Shown in pieces: positions 51,721 through 62,822 of a DNA stretch of 63,114 nucleotides (its first letter is position 1; every line of letters begins with the position of its first letter). The stretch comes from an uncultured Bacilli bacterium. Lineage in GTDB: Bacteria; Bacillota_I; Bacilli_A; RF39; UBA660. The notes beneath the pieces were generated by a model. The model saw only the letters and a list, made by a program, of their open reading frames with translations. It did no database searches and was not told where the DNA came from. The position numbers were made by a program, and so were the translations under genes. The stretch lies in assembly GCA_947581835.1 (NCBI GenBank), contig CANPVV010000005.1, positions 1 to 63,114 of the forward strand. Direction: 5' to 3'.

Positions 51721-53169
51721 TTAAATAATTGTCATTAATATGAAGATTATCATTAAACAAATAAACATACCAATTAAGAATTTAAATATATACTTTAACC
51801 AGTCACTATATTTAACATTTAAACTAGTAAGACCAATTCCTAAAACTATACTTGTTGGAATAAATAATTGAACAAATCCATAAGTAGATACAAGCATTAC
51901 ATATATTGGATTAACATAATCAACATATTCACTAACTAAGAAATTACCAATAATATAACCAGTATAACCTAAATCTGTATGGAATATATTAAGGATAAAT
52001 GTACTTAAAGTCATAGTCGCTAGATTAAATCCATCTGTTAAAGTTAATAATTTATTAATAATAGTTGCGATATAAGGAGACATATAAACTACAACCATCA
52101 ATATAAATGCTGCTAAAGTACATAATATTGGATAAAGCATTTTTTTAGCTCCTGCAACAAAGTTTTCTAAAAACTCATTAAATGAAACTCTATAACAAAC
52201 CCCAATTAGAATTGTTAATAAGAAAACTATCGAACCAATTGAGAATAAATCCCAATCTCCAAAAGCTCCCATATTAGTACCTAATATATCTCTTATAATA
52301 TAAAATTGATTACCTATCTTTAAATTTGTAAGTGTCTCATGGAAAGTATCAAATATTCCAATTCCAAAATTAGTATTCCATGCAACATAACCTAATATAA
52401 TTAAAATAAATGTAAATAAACCAATAATAATCAATGGTATAGTACTTCTTTTTTTAGTATCTTTAATATCTTCAACTAAAAACATATCTGTACTTTCCAT
52501 ATTTTTTTCTTTTTTATTCATATGTGTTATTGTAAAGAAATTAAATAATACTAAAGCAATTCCTAAAATTCCAAATCTAATCAACACTGCCGCATTAATT
52601 AATTCTCCTTCACTTTGAGTTCCCACAAGCATATATTGATTTAAATATTGAATGCCCTCAGTTCCATATGTAGCCCCAAGCGTACCTATTAAAATAGAAC
52701 CAAAAGTTACTGCCATAATAGTCATTTTATCTAATTTCATTCTATTAAGTATTGCAATTATAAATGGTATAAATACCAAAAGAACGAAACAATTTGTTAA
52801 AATACTTGTAAGCAAAGTAATTATTACTGAAATAATAACCACAAATAATTTTTTATGCTTATCTAAAGCTTTAGCAATTCCTGAGACTATTCTTTCATAT
52901 GCCTCTAGTTTAACTAATACTCCATAAAGTCCCCCAACTATTAATAAAAGCATAATTTTATCTAAAGCAAAATATGCACCGTAATAAAATAACCATGCAA
53001 GATCATTAATACCTACTCTTGACATTAATCCCTCAGTTATATATTCTCCTTCATATGAACCATTAGGAATTAACCAAGATAAAACAATAGCTATTAAAAT
53101 AAAAACCATAATGGCTTTAAATAAACCATATTTCTTTTCTTTTTTCTTCATTAAAATTCCCTCCTTCAC
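51721..53169 (-). CDS. YfcC/ArcD-like multi-pass transporter
   Basis: LSWLIP.G.Y start, many TMs, PTS...L....Y..WLKY end. Confidence 0.65.
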   Translation of the reverse strand: MKEGILMKKKEKKYGLFKAIMVFILIAIVLSWLIPNGSYEGEYITEGLMSRVGINDLAWLFYYGAYFALDKIMLLLIVGGLYGVLVKLEAYERIVSGIAKALDKHKKLFVVIISVIITLLTSILTNCFVLLVFIPFIIAILNRMKLDKMTIMAVTFGSILIGTLGATYGTEGIQYLNQYMLVGTQSEGELINAAVLIRFGILGIALVLFNFFTITHMNKKEKNMESTDMFLVEDIKDTKKRSTIPLIIIGLFTFILIILGYVAWNTNFGIGIFDTFHETLTNLKIGNQFYIIRDILGTNMGAFGDWDLFSIGSIVFLLTILIGVCYRVSFNEFLENFVAGAKKMLYPILCTLAAFILMVVVYMSPYIATIINKLLTLTDGFNLATMTLSTFILNIFHTDLGYTGYIIGNFLVSEYVDYVNPIYVMLVSTYGFVQLFIPTSIVLGIGLTSLNVKYSDWLKYIFKFLIGMFICLMIIFILMTII

Positions 53170-53520
53170 TCATTATAACACAAAATTTTCTAAATAAAAG
53201 CCCATTTTTTATTAAAAACATGAAAAAAAGTCTAAAATTTACCAAAATAAGCCCTTAAAACCCTCAATTATCCTCAAATCAAGTGTTTTTATCTAACATA
53301 TTTTCAAAATTTTAAACTCTAAATTTCACCAAATTTTACAATCTTTAAAATAATTCAAAATATCTTAATATCTTTATCAAATATCTTTATCTTTAAACGA
53401 ACCATATACTACAACCATATATTTCAAATAGTTATCTAAATAATTATCTATCAAACAACCAAAACTTAAATCCATTTTATTTATCTTTATTTATTTTATA
53501 TATATCTATATTATCTATCT

Positions 53521-55026
53521 TTACTCTCTTGGCTTCATTGTTGGAAACAATATTACTTCTCTAATTGTATCACTTTCTGTCATAAGCATAACTAATCTAT
53601 CAATACCATATCCTATTCCTCCAGCTGGTGGCATTCCATATTCAAGTGCTTCAATAAAATCTTTATCGATATCATTAGCCTCTTCATTACCTAAATTTTT
53701 TTCTTTTAATTGTTCCTCAAATCTTTCTAATTGATCATCAGGATCATTAAGTTCTGTATAAGCATTTGCAAATTCTTTTCCCCCAATAAACAATTCAAAA
53801 CGGTCAACAAATCTTGCATCATCTTTATTCTTTTTAGTTAAAGGTGATATTTCTATTGGGTGTCCATATAAAAACGTTGGTTGAATAAGAGTCTCTTCCA
53901 CATATTTCTCAAAAAACAAATTAATTATATGTCCCACACTCTTTTGGTGTTCTTCTACATGAATATCATGTTCTTTTGCTAATTCTAAAGCCTCTTCTAC
54001 CTTCATTTCCTTTTTAAAATCAATTCCCGTTTTCTCTTTTATAGCGTCTACCATACTAATTCTCTTCCATGGTCCTTCTAAATTAATTTCATTACCACAC
54101 CAATTAAAGATCATTTTTCCAATAACATTTTTAGCAATAGTCTGATACATTGCCTCAGTAAGTTCCATCATACCTTCTAAATCTGAATAAGCCAGATATG
54201 CCTCCATCAAAGTAAACTCGGGATTATGTTTAGGATCCATCCCTTCATTTCTAAAAGTTCTACCAATCTCATAAACTGCTTCCATACCTCCAACTAATAA
54301 TCTTTTTAAAGGAAGTTCCAAAGCAATTCTAAGATACATATCAATATCCTGAGTATTATGATGCGTCACAAAAGGTCTAGCTGATGCTCCGGTAAGTAAA
54401 CTAGTTAAAATTGGTGTTTCCACTTCCACAAATCCTCTGTTATCCATAAAATTTTGAATGCATCTAATAATTTTTGGTCTAACAAAAGCAATTTCTCTAG
54501 CCTTATCGTTCATAATTAAATCAACATATCTTCTTCTGTATCTTTCCTCAACGTCCGTAAGTCCATGAAATTTCTCTGGAAGTGGTCTTAATGCTTTAAC
54601 CAAATGGGTATATTTTATCGCATGAACACTTATTGCTCCTGTATTAGTTTTACAAACCCAACCTGTAATTCCAATAATATCTCCTAAATCACAAGCTTTA
54701 TAAAGTTCATATTCTTCTTCTCCAACGTCACTAATACTTATATATATTTGAATTACCCCAAATTTATCTTGAATATCCATAAAACCAGCTTTACCACTAC
54801 GTCTTTTAGATACAATTCTTCCTGCAATAACAACTTCATTTTTGGCTTCTTCTAACTCTTCTTTTGAAAATTTATCAAATTTATCTTTAATTTCTTTTGA
54901 ATTACTTGAAACATCAAATCTATGTCCAAAAGGATCTATTCCCATATTTCTTAAATTAGCAGCTTTTTCTCTTCTAACTAGCTCTTGTTCTGTATACTCT
55001 CGCATAAAATCAACTCCATTAATCAT
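53521..55026 (-). CDS. lysS: Lysine--tRNA ligase (class II)
   Basis: [23 protein letters not shown]...[22 protein letters not shown]. Confidence 0.98.
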   Translation of the reverse strand: MINGVDFMREYTEQELVRREKAANLRNMGIDPFGHRFDVSSNSKEIKDKFDKFSKEELEEAKNEVVIAGRIVSKRRSGKAGFMDIQDKFGVIQIYISISDVGEEEYELYKACDLGDIIGITGWVCKTNTGAISVHAIKYTHLVKALRPLPEKFHGLTDVEERYRRRYVDLIMNDKAREIAFVRPKIIRCIQNFMDNRGFVEVETPILTSLLTGASARPFVTHHNTQDIDMYLRIALELPLKRLLVGGMEAVYEIGRTFRNEGMDPKHNPEFTLMEAYLAYSDLEGMMELTEAMYQTIAKNVIGKMIFNWCGNEINLEGPWKRISMVDAIKEKTGIDFKKEMKVEEALELAKEHDIHVEEHQKSVGHIINLFFEKYVEETLIQPTFLYGHPIEISPLTKKNKDDARFVDRFELFIGGKEFANAYTELNDPDDQLERFEEQLKEKNLGNEEANDIDKDFIEALEYGMPPAGGIGYGIDRLVMLMTESDTIREVILFPTMKPRE

Positions 55027-55082
55027 AATATATCATAAATTTTTAAAAGTAGCAAACAAAATATCACTAAAACTAAATATTT

Positions 55083-56090
55083 TTATTTCTCTATTTCTAA
55101 CTTTTCTAAAACATTTAAATAATCATCTAATATTTTTAAAAATTCTTCTTCACTCTTAGCCTTACAAATAAGTTCTTTATATATTTTTGCTTTAGGCATA
55201 CCTTTTAAATAATATAAAGCATGAGTTCTAATCTGCAATACTGCTGCCTTTACTCCTTTATCTTCTTTTATAAGTTCATAATGTTTCTTAATCATTAAAA
55301 TCTTTTCTTTATCAGTTGGCCTATCTATTATTTTTCCTTCTTCTAAATATGCCAAACACTCTTTAAATATCCATGGATTACCTAAAGCACCTCTTCCAAT
55401 CATTATTGCATCACAACCTGTCTCATCAAGCATTTTTTTGGCCTCTATCGCACTAGTTACATCCCCATTTCCAATAACGGGAATTTTTACAGCATCTTTA
55501 ACACTTTTTATTATTTTCCAATCAGCCTTACCTGTATAACCCTGTGCTCTAGTTCTTGCATGCACTGTTATAGCTTTTGCTCCATTTTCTTCCGCAATCT
55601 TTGCTACTTGAACAGCATTTATACTATCTTTATCCCAACCACTTCTAATTTTAATTGTAACTGGAACATTTACTGCTTTAACAACTTCTCTTACAATCTC
55701 TCCAATCTTTTGAGGATTTTTAAGTAAAGCACTACCCGCTTGAGCCCTCAAAGCTACTTTTGGTACTGGACACCCCATATTAATATCTATTATATCTGGT
55801 CTTTGCTTCTCCATAACAATCTTTGCAGCATCAACAAAAGTTTCAATATCACTCCCAAATATCTGTTGTACTATTGGTCTTTCACAATCTAAAGTCTTTA
55901 ATAAACTCAAAGTTTTATCATTTTCATAAACTAAAGCATTAGAACTAACCATTTCTGCAAAAATAAGCCCTGCTCCCATCTCTTTAACTATCCTTCGAAA
56001 AGCCGAATTAGAAATACCAGCCATAGGAGCTAAAACCAGTCTATTATCAATTTCTATATTACCTATCATCCATTTCATATCCATCACCAA
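55083..56090 (-). CDS. dusB: tRNA-dihydrouridine synthase B
   Basis: LAPMAG, DINMGCP, HART, GNGD, GRGALGNPW, upstream of lysS. Confidence 0.95.
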   Translation of the reverse strand: MVMDMKWMIGNIEIDNRLVLAPMAGISNSAFRRIVKEMGAGLIFAEMVSSNALVYENDKTLSLLKTLDCERPIVQQIFGSDIETFVDAAKIVMEKQRPDIIDINMGCPVPKVALRAQAGSALLKNPQKIGEIVREVVKAVNVPVTIKIRSGWDKDSINAVQVAKIAEENGAKAITVHARTRAQGYTGKADWKIIKSVKDAVKIPVIGNGDVTSAIEAKKMLDETGCDAIMIGRGALGNPWIFKECLAYLEEGKIIDRPTDKEKILMIKKHYELIKEDKGVKAAVLQIRTHALYYLKGMPKAKIYKELICKAKSEEEFLKILDDYLNVLEKLEIEK

Positions 56091-56099
56091 AATTAAAAA

Positions 56100-56128
56100 A
56101 GAATATCTAAACTCTTAAAGATATTCTT
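56100..56128 (-). terminator. Terminator after pduL
   Basis: AGAATATCT...AGATATTCT stem, T-run on the minus strand. Confidence 0.6.
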
Positions 56129-56175
56129 AATTATACTCTAAACTAAAGATTATTGCAATTATTTCTCTATCTCTA

Positions 56176-56754
56176 TTATTTCTCAATTTCTACTGTATCT
56201 CCAGTATTAAGCATAAAGCAATTAGCATCATCTTTATCAATATGTATTTCAAAGTAACCATTATCTGTTACTTTTACAAAAGCCTCCATAACTCCACCTT
56301 TATCATTTTCAACTTTAAGTTTAACTAAATCTTCATGTTTAAGTCCTAACTCTATTGCTTTACTCTGATTCATATGGACATGTCTTTCAGCTTGAATACA
56401 ACCTGTATCTAAATGTAGTTCGCCCTTAGGTCCAATAATTGTTATAGCCTCACTATCTTCAACATCTCCACTTTGTCTTACTGGGGGATTAAGTCCTAAT
56501 AATATTGCATCACTTCGTGATATTTCTACCTGATTATACTTTCTAAGAGGCCCAATTAATCTTACGTGTTCAATAACTCCTTTTTCAGTCTTAAGCGTAA
56601 CTGTCTGCATTGCAGCATACTCTCCTACCTGATTTAATGGCCTTTTAATAGATATTGGCTCATCAAATAATTTTTCATAATTTTCTTTCGTAAGATGCAC
56701 ATGTCTATTACTAACTGCAATAGTCCCGTATATTTTTTCTTTTCCCTGTTTCAT
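56176..56754 (-). CDS. pduL: Phosphate propanoyltransferase PduL
   Basis: VSNRHVHL, QVEIS.SD, RHVHM, HIDKDDAN. Confidence 0.93.
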   Translation of the reverse strand: MKQGKEKIYGTIAVSNRHVHLTKENYEKLFDEPISIKRPLNQVGEYAAMQTVTLKTEKGVIEHVRLIGPLRKYNQVEISRSDAILLGLNPPVRQSGDVEDSEAITIIGPKGELHLDTGCIQAERHVHMNQSKAIELGLKHEDLVKLKVENDKGGVMEAFVKVTDNGYFEIHIDKDDANCFMLNTGDTVEIEK

Positions 56755-56827
56755 TTTAAAACCTTCCTTCCTCTATATTTTACCATTAATTAATACAAAA
56801 AAATAGTTAAAAACTAAAAAATGAATC

Positions 56828-58291
56828 TTAAAGACCCATTTCTTTTCTTACCTCATCTAATACTTCTAACTCATTAAAATATATTTTTTCTCCCTTAATA
56901 TCCTGATATTCTTCATGACCTTTTCCCACTAATAATATCAAATCTCCATCTAATGCATTTAAACAAGCATATTTTATTGCATCTTTTCTATCAGGTATCA
57001 TAATATATTTAGCACCTACTCTATCTAAACCTACTTTTATATCTTTATTAATAAGTTCTATATCTTCAAAGCGGGGATTATCTTCAGTAATAATACATAA
57101 ATCACTTGCTCCTCCGATTATTTCTCCTAAATTATACCGTCTTTCTTTAGGGCGATTTCCTCCACCTCCAAAAACACTAACTAATCTCTTAGGTTTATAA
57201 TCTCTTAAAGTTTTAACTAACCCCCTCATTCCATCCTCTGTATGGGCATAATCAATTAATACTTTAAACTTAGGTGCAACTAAAGCTATCTCCATTCTTC
57301 CTCTTACACTAACATTTAGTAAAGCATCTTTTATCTTATCTAAATATACACCTAATTCCCTAGCAACCATTATTGCACATAAAGCATTATAAACATTAAA
57401 CTCTCCTGGCATACTTATTCTAAATATATCATTAACTAAACCTGAAGTCTTAAATTCTGTTCCTAAAAATTCTGAATCATTTAAAAATTTAATCTCATCT
57501 ACTTTTAATTGAGCATCATTTTTTATCGCATATGTTTTAATCGGTACCTCTACATTTTTAAATACCATCTCTAAATACTTAGAATCATTATTACTAATTA
57601 TTTTTTTACTATTTAAAAATAATTTATTTTTACACATAATATATTCTTCTTGACTTTCATGCTCACCAGGTCCAATATGATCTGTAGTTAAATTAGTCAA
57701 AACCCCTATCTCAAAAGTTATACCCGCAAGCCTATTAAGTTTAAAAGCTTGACTAGATGTTTCCATAGCAACATACTTAATTCCTGCATCAACCATTTCT
57801 CTAAAAGCTTTATGTACCTCATAAGACTCTGGTGTTGTATTATCTGTATGAATAACTTTATCTTTATACTTTATTCCAATACTTCCAATTAAACCACATG
57901 GATATCCAGCATTATTTAGAATATCTTTAATCATATGTGTAGTAGTAGTTTTACCAGTTGTTCCTGTAACTCCAATTTTCACTAATTCAGTATCTGGATT
58001 ACCAAAATAATTACTTGCCATATAAGATAAAGCAATTCTTGTATCATCAACTTTAATAACTGTAATATCTGAATCTATCTCTAAAAATTTAGAAATAACT
58101 ATAACTGTAGCTCCTTTTTTTATTGCATCTTTAATATATTCATGTCCATCAGTATTATAACCAACTAAAGCTACATATATATCCTTACTAGTTACTTTCC
58201 TACTATCATATTTAATATCATTTATTTCTTTATCTAAACTTCCTTTAATTAAAGTATAACTAACATTCTTTAAAATTTTTTCTAACTTCAT
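56828..58291 (-). CDS. murE: UDP-MurNAc-dipeptide--meso-diamino acid ligase
   Basis: GTTGKTT, TTPES, ETSSQ, DYAHT, DNPR, GKGHE. Confidence 0.95.
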   Translation of the reverse strand: MKLEKILKNVSYTLIKGSLDKEINDIKYDSRKVTSKDIYVALVGYNTDGHEYIKDAIKKGATVIVISKFLEIDSDITVIKVDDTRIALSYMASNYFGNPDTELVKIGVTGTTGKTTTTHMIKDILNNAGYPCGLIGSIGIKYKDKVIHTDNTTPESYEVHKAFREMVDAGIKYVAMETSSQAFKLNRLAGITFEIGVLTNLTTDHIGPGEHESQEEYIMCKNKLFLNSKKIISNNDSKYLEMVFKNVEVPIKTYAIKNDAQLKVDEIKFLNDSEFLGTEFKTSGLVNDIFRISMPGEFNVYNALCAIMVARELGVYLDKIKDALLNVSVRGRMEIALVAPKFKVLIDYAHTEDGMRGLVKTLRDYKPKRLVSVFGGGGNRPKERRYNLGEIIGGASDLCIITEDNPRFEDIELINKDIKVGLDRVGAKYIMIPDRKDAIKYACLNALDGDLILLVGKGHEEYQDIKGEKIYFNELEVLDEVRKEMGL

Positions 58292-58296
58292 TTATA

Positions 58297-59160
58297 TCAC
58301 TCACCTATAATATGTGAAACATCGATTTCACTTTCAAATACAAAATGTGATGGTCCCTTCATATATAATTCTCCTGTTTCTATTTCATATAAAATCTCTA
58401 AAGGTCCCCCAATTTGTTCTACCACACATTTATTAGAAGTTAACCCTAATTTATAACCAAAAACTACTGCTGAGGCACAACCTGTTCCACAACCAATTGT
58501 CTCTCCTGTACCTCTTTCCCATTCTCTAATCTTAATATATTCTCTATTTACTATTTGGGCAAAAGTAACATTAGTCTTCTTAGGAAATACCTCTAATTTA
58601 TGTTCAATCGCTGGTCCATATTTTTCTACCAAAAAGCTATCTACATCATCTACAAATATCACGGTATGAGGATTACCCCAAGATAAACTATTCACCTCAA
58701 AAGTTTTATCAAGTACTTCTATTTTTTCTTGCATAAAAGTATCTTTATCTGTCTTAACTGGAATTAAAGCACTATCAAAAATTGGTTTTCCAATATTTGC
58801 TTTAATATTACTAACTACTCCATCCTCTACTGTTAATTCCAACCGTTTTATTCCACCCAAAGTTTCAATAGTAAACTCTGTTTTATCCGTCATTTTATGA
58901 TCATAAACATATTTTCCTACACTTCTAAGCGCATTCCCACACATTTCAGCTTCACTTCCATCAGGATTAAACATACGCATTCGAAAAAAAGCTTTAGTCG
59001 ATGGACAAATAAGTACCATTCCATCACTACCTACTCCAAAATGACGATCTGAAACAAATTTAGCTAATAAATTTAAATTAGGAAGTTTCTGATTAATCGC
59101 ATCAATATACACATAATCATTCCCATAAGCCTGCATTTTTGTAAATCGCATTAATTTCAC
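58297..59160 (-). CDS. dapF: Diaminopimelate epimerase
   Basis: GNDY, EMCGNA, GNPH, ERGTGETIGCGTG, both catalytic Cys present. Confidence 0.93.
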   Translation of the reverse strand: MKLMRFTKMQAYGNDYVYIDAINQKLPNLNLLAKFVSDRHFGVGSDGMVLICPSTKAFFRMRMFNPDGSEAEMCGNALRSVGKYVYDHKMTDKTEFTIETLGGIKRLELTVEDGVVSNIKANIGKPIFDSALIPVKTDKDTFMQEKIEVLDKTFEVNSLSWGNPHTVIFVDDVDSFLVEKYGPAIEHKLEVFPKKTNVTFAQIVNREYIKIREWERGTGETIGCGTGCASAVVFGYKLGLTSNKCVVEQIGGPLEILYEIETGELYMKGPSHFVFESEIDVSHIIGE

Positions 59161-59163
59161 CTC

Positions 59164-60354
59164 TTATTTTAAAGCTTGTTCTAAATCATCAATAATATCT
59201 TGAGCATCTTCAATTCCCACTGATAAACGAAGTAAAGTATCTGTAATTCCTAATTTTTCTCTTATTTCTTCTTTAATCTCTGTATGTGTTCTACTAACTG
59301 GATGGGTAATTAAAGACTCAACTCCCCCTAAACTTTCTGCAAAAGTAATTAATTTAACTTTAGTAAGTAATTTATTTACTGTTTCCATACTATCAACTCT
59401 AAAAGATATCATACCTCCAAAACCTGTAGTTTGTCTTTTAGTAACTTGATAATCTTTATGATCTGGAAAACCTACATAATAAACTTTTTCAACTTTAGGA
59501 TGATTTCTTAAATATTCTGCCACCTTCATTGCATTTTCACTATGCTTATTCATTCTTAAAGCTAAAGTCTTAATTCCTCGCAGTAAAATCCAAGAATCCA
59601 TAGGTCCTAACCCAGCCCCATTTATATACATTTGAATTTCTAACTTTTCTCCAATACTTGCATCTTTAACTACTACAATACCCGCTAAAACGTCATTATG
59701 TCCTCCTAAATACTTAGTTCCACTATGAAGAACAATATCTGCTCCTAATGTTAAAGGCTTTTGATAATAAGGAGTTAAAAAAGTATTATCAACTACTACT
59801 AATGCTCCTACCTCATGACCAATCTTTGAGATTAATTCAATATCTGCTACTTTCATCATTGGATTAGTTGGTGTTTCAATTAAAATCATTTTTGTATTAG
59901 GTTTAATTGTTTTTTTAAGTAAATCTATATCTGATAAATCAATACTATCGTTTTCTATTCCATAAGGCTCTAAAACTTCATTAACGCATCTATAAGTTCC
60001 ACCATATACGTCATCGGAATAAATAATATGTTCTCCAGGATTTAAAAGTGAAGTTACTAACGAAACTGCTGCCATACCTGAAGTTACTGCAAAAGCTCTT
60101 TCTCCTTCTTCTAATATACACATTGTTCTTTCTAATTCTTCTCTCGTTGGATTAATACATCGTGAATAATTATATGGATCTGTCTTCTCTAAACCATGAT
60201 GCATAAAAGTTGCTGTCTGATAAATTGGATAACTAATTGAACCTGTATAAGGATCAACTCCATTTGCCCCATGAACCACTTTTGATTCAAACTTTAAATT
60301 TTCCTTTCTTGAATTTTCTTTGTAATCTTTAAAATTTTTCATATTTACCTCCAT
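59164..60354 (-). CDS. PLP-dependent trans-sulfuration enzyme (MetB/MetC/cystathionine gamma-lyase family)
   Basis: YSR..NPT, SGMAA, ETPTNP, DNTF, SGTKYLGGHND, ESLGGVESL. Confidence 0.92.
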   Translation of the reverse strand: MEVNMKNFKDYKENSRKENLKFESKVVHGANGVDPYTGSISYPIYQTATFMHHGLEKTDPYNYSRCINPTREELERTMCILEEGERAFAVTSGMAAVSLVTSLLNPGEHIIYSDDVYGGTYRCVNEVLEPYGIENDSIDLSDIDLLKKTIKPNTKMILIETPTNPMMKVADIELISKIGHEVGALVVVDNTFLTPYYQKPLTLGADIVLHSGTKYLGGHNDVLAGIVVVKDASIGEKLEIQMYINGAGLGPMDSWILLRGIKTLALRMNKHSENAMKVAEYLRNHPKVEKVYYVGFPDHKDYQVTKRQTTGFGGMISFRVDSMETVNKLLTKVKLITFAESLGGVESLITHPVSRTHTEIKEEIREKLGITDTLLRLSVGIEDAQDIIDDLEQALK

Positions 60355-60741
60355 TTCAAGGATTTCCCTTAAACTAAGTATACCGATAATAATTGTTATT
60401 TGTCAAGTAAATGCCTATCAAACTTTACACTTAAATCTAAAAATTTTTGTAATTTCCAGTACTATTCCTTATCTAAATTATATTCTAAAAACCCAAATAA
60501 GTACCCAAATAAAAAAAATACTTCTTATTTCAAATCCTAAAATTCAAAATATTCGTATTTTCTAATCATTATCTTTTATTTATTATTCTTTTTATTTTAT
60601 CCCTTTTATCTATTATCTCTTATATCTCTTGTTTACTATTTATTATATATCATTTAATATATTTATTATTTATCATATATTAATTTTTATTTATTGTATA
60701 CATAATTTAATGTATTTATTAGTCTATATTTATTATATCTC

Positions 60742-61311
60742 TTATCTATTATTTATTTGAAACAATCTATCTATCTTCTCATAAGCCTCATCAAAATTAT
60801 CCATTGCTAACTCTAAAACTTTTATATTATCCAGTTTTTTAACCTCAGTAAGTACCTTTTTATAAGCTTCCTGCTGTTTAACACTACTCTCCAAACTAAA
60901 AGCCTGATAATTATGATGCACTCTCTTTAATCTCTCACTATATATATTAACGTCTTCTAAATATAAAGATATATAATACATTTCATAGTCTAAACCTCCA
61001 AACATTTCTAACAATTCTTGAAAAGTATCATCATAATCATATTCTTTATATCCCAATTTCGCATAAACATAATCTGAGAAAAAAGTTCTATCAAAAATTA
61101 AATTAACCTCACAATCTTCCATTTTCTTCATATATTCTAGTAAAGCTAAATACATTCTTCTACTTTTTTCTTTTCCACTTTTAGTTTTATCTTTATTACC
61201 TGTAAGCCTATATAAATTAGAAGCTTCTAAATTTTCTCTTAAATAATTTGCCAAAGTTGTTTTACCACAACCTTGAGGCCCCTCAATAATAATACATTTC
61301 ATTACAAACAC
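60742..61311 (-). CDS. Deoxynucleoside monophosphate/thymidylate kinase-like P-loop protein (likely start 61302)
   Basis: IEGPQGCGKTT, IFDR. TAATG overlap with the thyX stop codon. Confidence 0.75.
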   Translation of the reverse strand: MFVMKCIIIEGPQGCGKTTLANYLRENLEASNLYRLTGNKDKTKSGKEKSRRMYLALLEYMKKMEDCEVNLIFDRTFFSDYVYAKLGYKEYDYDDTFQELLEMFGGLDYEMYYISLYLEDVNIYSERLKRVHHNYQAFSLESSVKQQEAYKKVLTEVKKLDNIKVLELAMDNFDEAYEKIDRLFQINNR

Positions 61312-62822
61312 CTAGCTTTCTTATCTTTCTTTTTTAATTCCAAAATTTGCTTGATTCTACCACAAGACTCTTTACCTTCCCCACAAAACATTTCGGTAAC
61401 ACAAGTAGGCCCTAAAACTTTACTAAATATTTCACAACCTAACTCTTTATTTAACTCTTCATGCATTCCATAAGCCATTTCTCTAGTCTCCCATTGTGCT
61501 TTAGTGCATTCTCTAAGTCTTAAAATATGCTCCAAAGTCTTACCATTCATATTAGTTACAACATTAACCATATTACCTGAAAGAGTAAAGTAAATTAAAT
61601 CTTCTTCTCTTATATTATAATCATTTTTAAAATGTAAAAATACCTCATTATTTTTCCTAAATATCTCCTCATATTCCTCTAAACACTTAAACCTTACTTT
61701 AGGTGGTATCTTATATTGTTCTAAATCAACTATCGGTACAAAATCAGGTATTAAAATATCATGTGTTCTGTGTCTTGTTAAATGAGTCAAAACTGCAAAA
61801 GATATTGGTATTTGAAACTGAAAATTAACCTGGGTAAGTTCAAGCTTATCTCCCTGAAAAACAATTTTTCTCATAAGTTCGTAACTAAATTCTTTATTTT
61901 CATCCTTTAAATTTTTATAAACTTTAACTGCCTCATCATAAGAAAACTGATATCTTCGCATTATTGCTCCAATTAAAATAGTATCATCAATATTTTTACT
62001 ACAACTAATTAATTTAGGTTTATCTAAAATCTTATACTCTCTATTGCTTATTTGTTTATTTAAATATTCTAATACTTCATCTTTATCCCTTATCGGTTTA
62101 TCTTCTATTAAATCCATAATATAAGGCACATTTTCTCTGGCAATATCTTTTAACTTTTCCCCAAACTCTTTTATTTCACTAATCCTAGCATACTTAGTTT
62201 TCGTAAATTTAATAATCATATCTTTTAAAACATGAGCATCTATTCCCATCATAATATTTGAGTGATATGCATAAGGTAAAACAAATCTTGCATCTTCTAA
62301 AGGAATACCTAACTTAACTAAATCATCATATTTTTTAAATAAATATCTCATATATTCTTGATATTCTTCTCTAACTTTATCATTATCTTCAATTAAATTA
62401 CCCAACTTATCATGAAAATTAGGTGTATAAAAACCTACTTTTGAAAAATCTACTTCTCTTCTTGATTTAATTGTAAAAGAAGCAAATCTCTCAGCAATAA
62501 TTGTTTGCTCTATAATTGGTGAAACGTCTTTTATTGCAAATACTAAATAATCATGATCAGTAATTGAATCATGTCCCATCTTAATAACTCTTTTAGCAAA
62601 TTTAACATTATCATCAAAACTTGCTTCTTGATTTATTTTTAAAATATCAAAAACACTACCCGGAAATCTTGATAATTTCCCTGCCGTTGCTACTTTTAGT
62701 GTTCTCTCATATTTTTCTAAATTCTTAATTTCCTCAATTACCTCTGGATTATCTATTCCTTTACTCTTTAATAAATCTTCTATTTTTTTATAATCAAGAG
62801 CCCCAAGCAATTCTATTTCCAT
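61302..62822 (-). CDS. thyX: FAD-dependent thymidylate synthase with two ThyX domains
   Basis: GHDSITDH, SRR, EDARFVLP in domain 1. LTRHR and LRECTKAQWETR in domain 2. Confidence 0.88.
   Translation of the reverse strand: MEIELLGALDYKKIEDLLKSKGIDNPEVIEEIKNLEKYERTLKVATAGKLSRFPGSVFDILKINQEASFDDNVKFAKRVIKMGHDSITDHDYLVFAIKDVSPIIEQTIIAERFASFTIKSRREVDFSKVGFYTPNFHDKLGNLIEDNDKVREEYQEYMRYLFKKYDDLVKLGIPLEDARFVLPYAYHSNIMMGIDAHVLKDMIIKFTKTKYARISEIKEFGEKLKDIARENVPYIMDLIEDKPIRDKDEVLEYLNKQISNREYKILDKPKLISCSKNIDDTILIGAIMRRYQFSYDEAVKVYKNLKDENKEFSYELMRKIVFQGDKLELTQVNFQFQIPISFAVLTHLTRHRTHDILIPDFVPIVDLEQYKIPPKVRFKCLEEYEEIFRKNNEVFLHFKNDYNIREEDLIYFTLSGNMVNVVTNMNGKTLEHILRLRECTKAQWETREMAYGMHEELNKELGCEIFSKVLGPTCVTEMFCGEGKESCGRIKQILELKKKDKKARCL

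Noticed and set aside
53170-53520. Long AT-rich, G-poor intergenic gap as an ncRNA
   Set aside because: Low complexity with no stable stems or recognisable motif.
60420-60740. AT-rich gap upstream of the trans-sulfuration gene as a riboswitch, T-box or origin
   Set aside because: No SAM/T-box consensus or DnaA-box cluster is visible, and a sigmaA-like promoter lies close to the start codon.
4032-61473. Short antisense or alternate-frame ORFs in the track (4032, 9184, 12252, 12660, 14777, 17395, 20536, 20610, 22472, 22561, 22768, 24599, 41228, 48634, 49041, 50593, 51093, 52652, 54842, 61273)
   Set aside because: All overlap well-supported genes and have no recognisable motifs, so they are treated as shadow ORFs.
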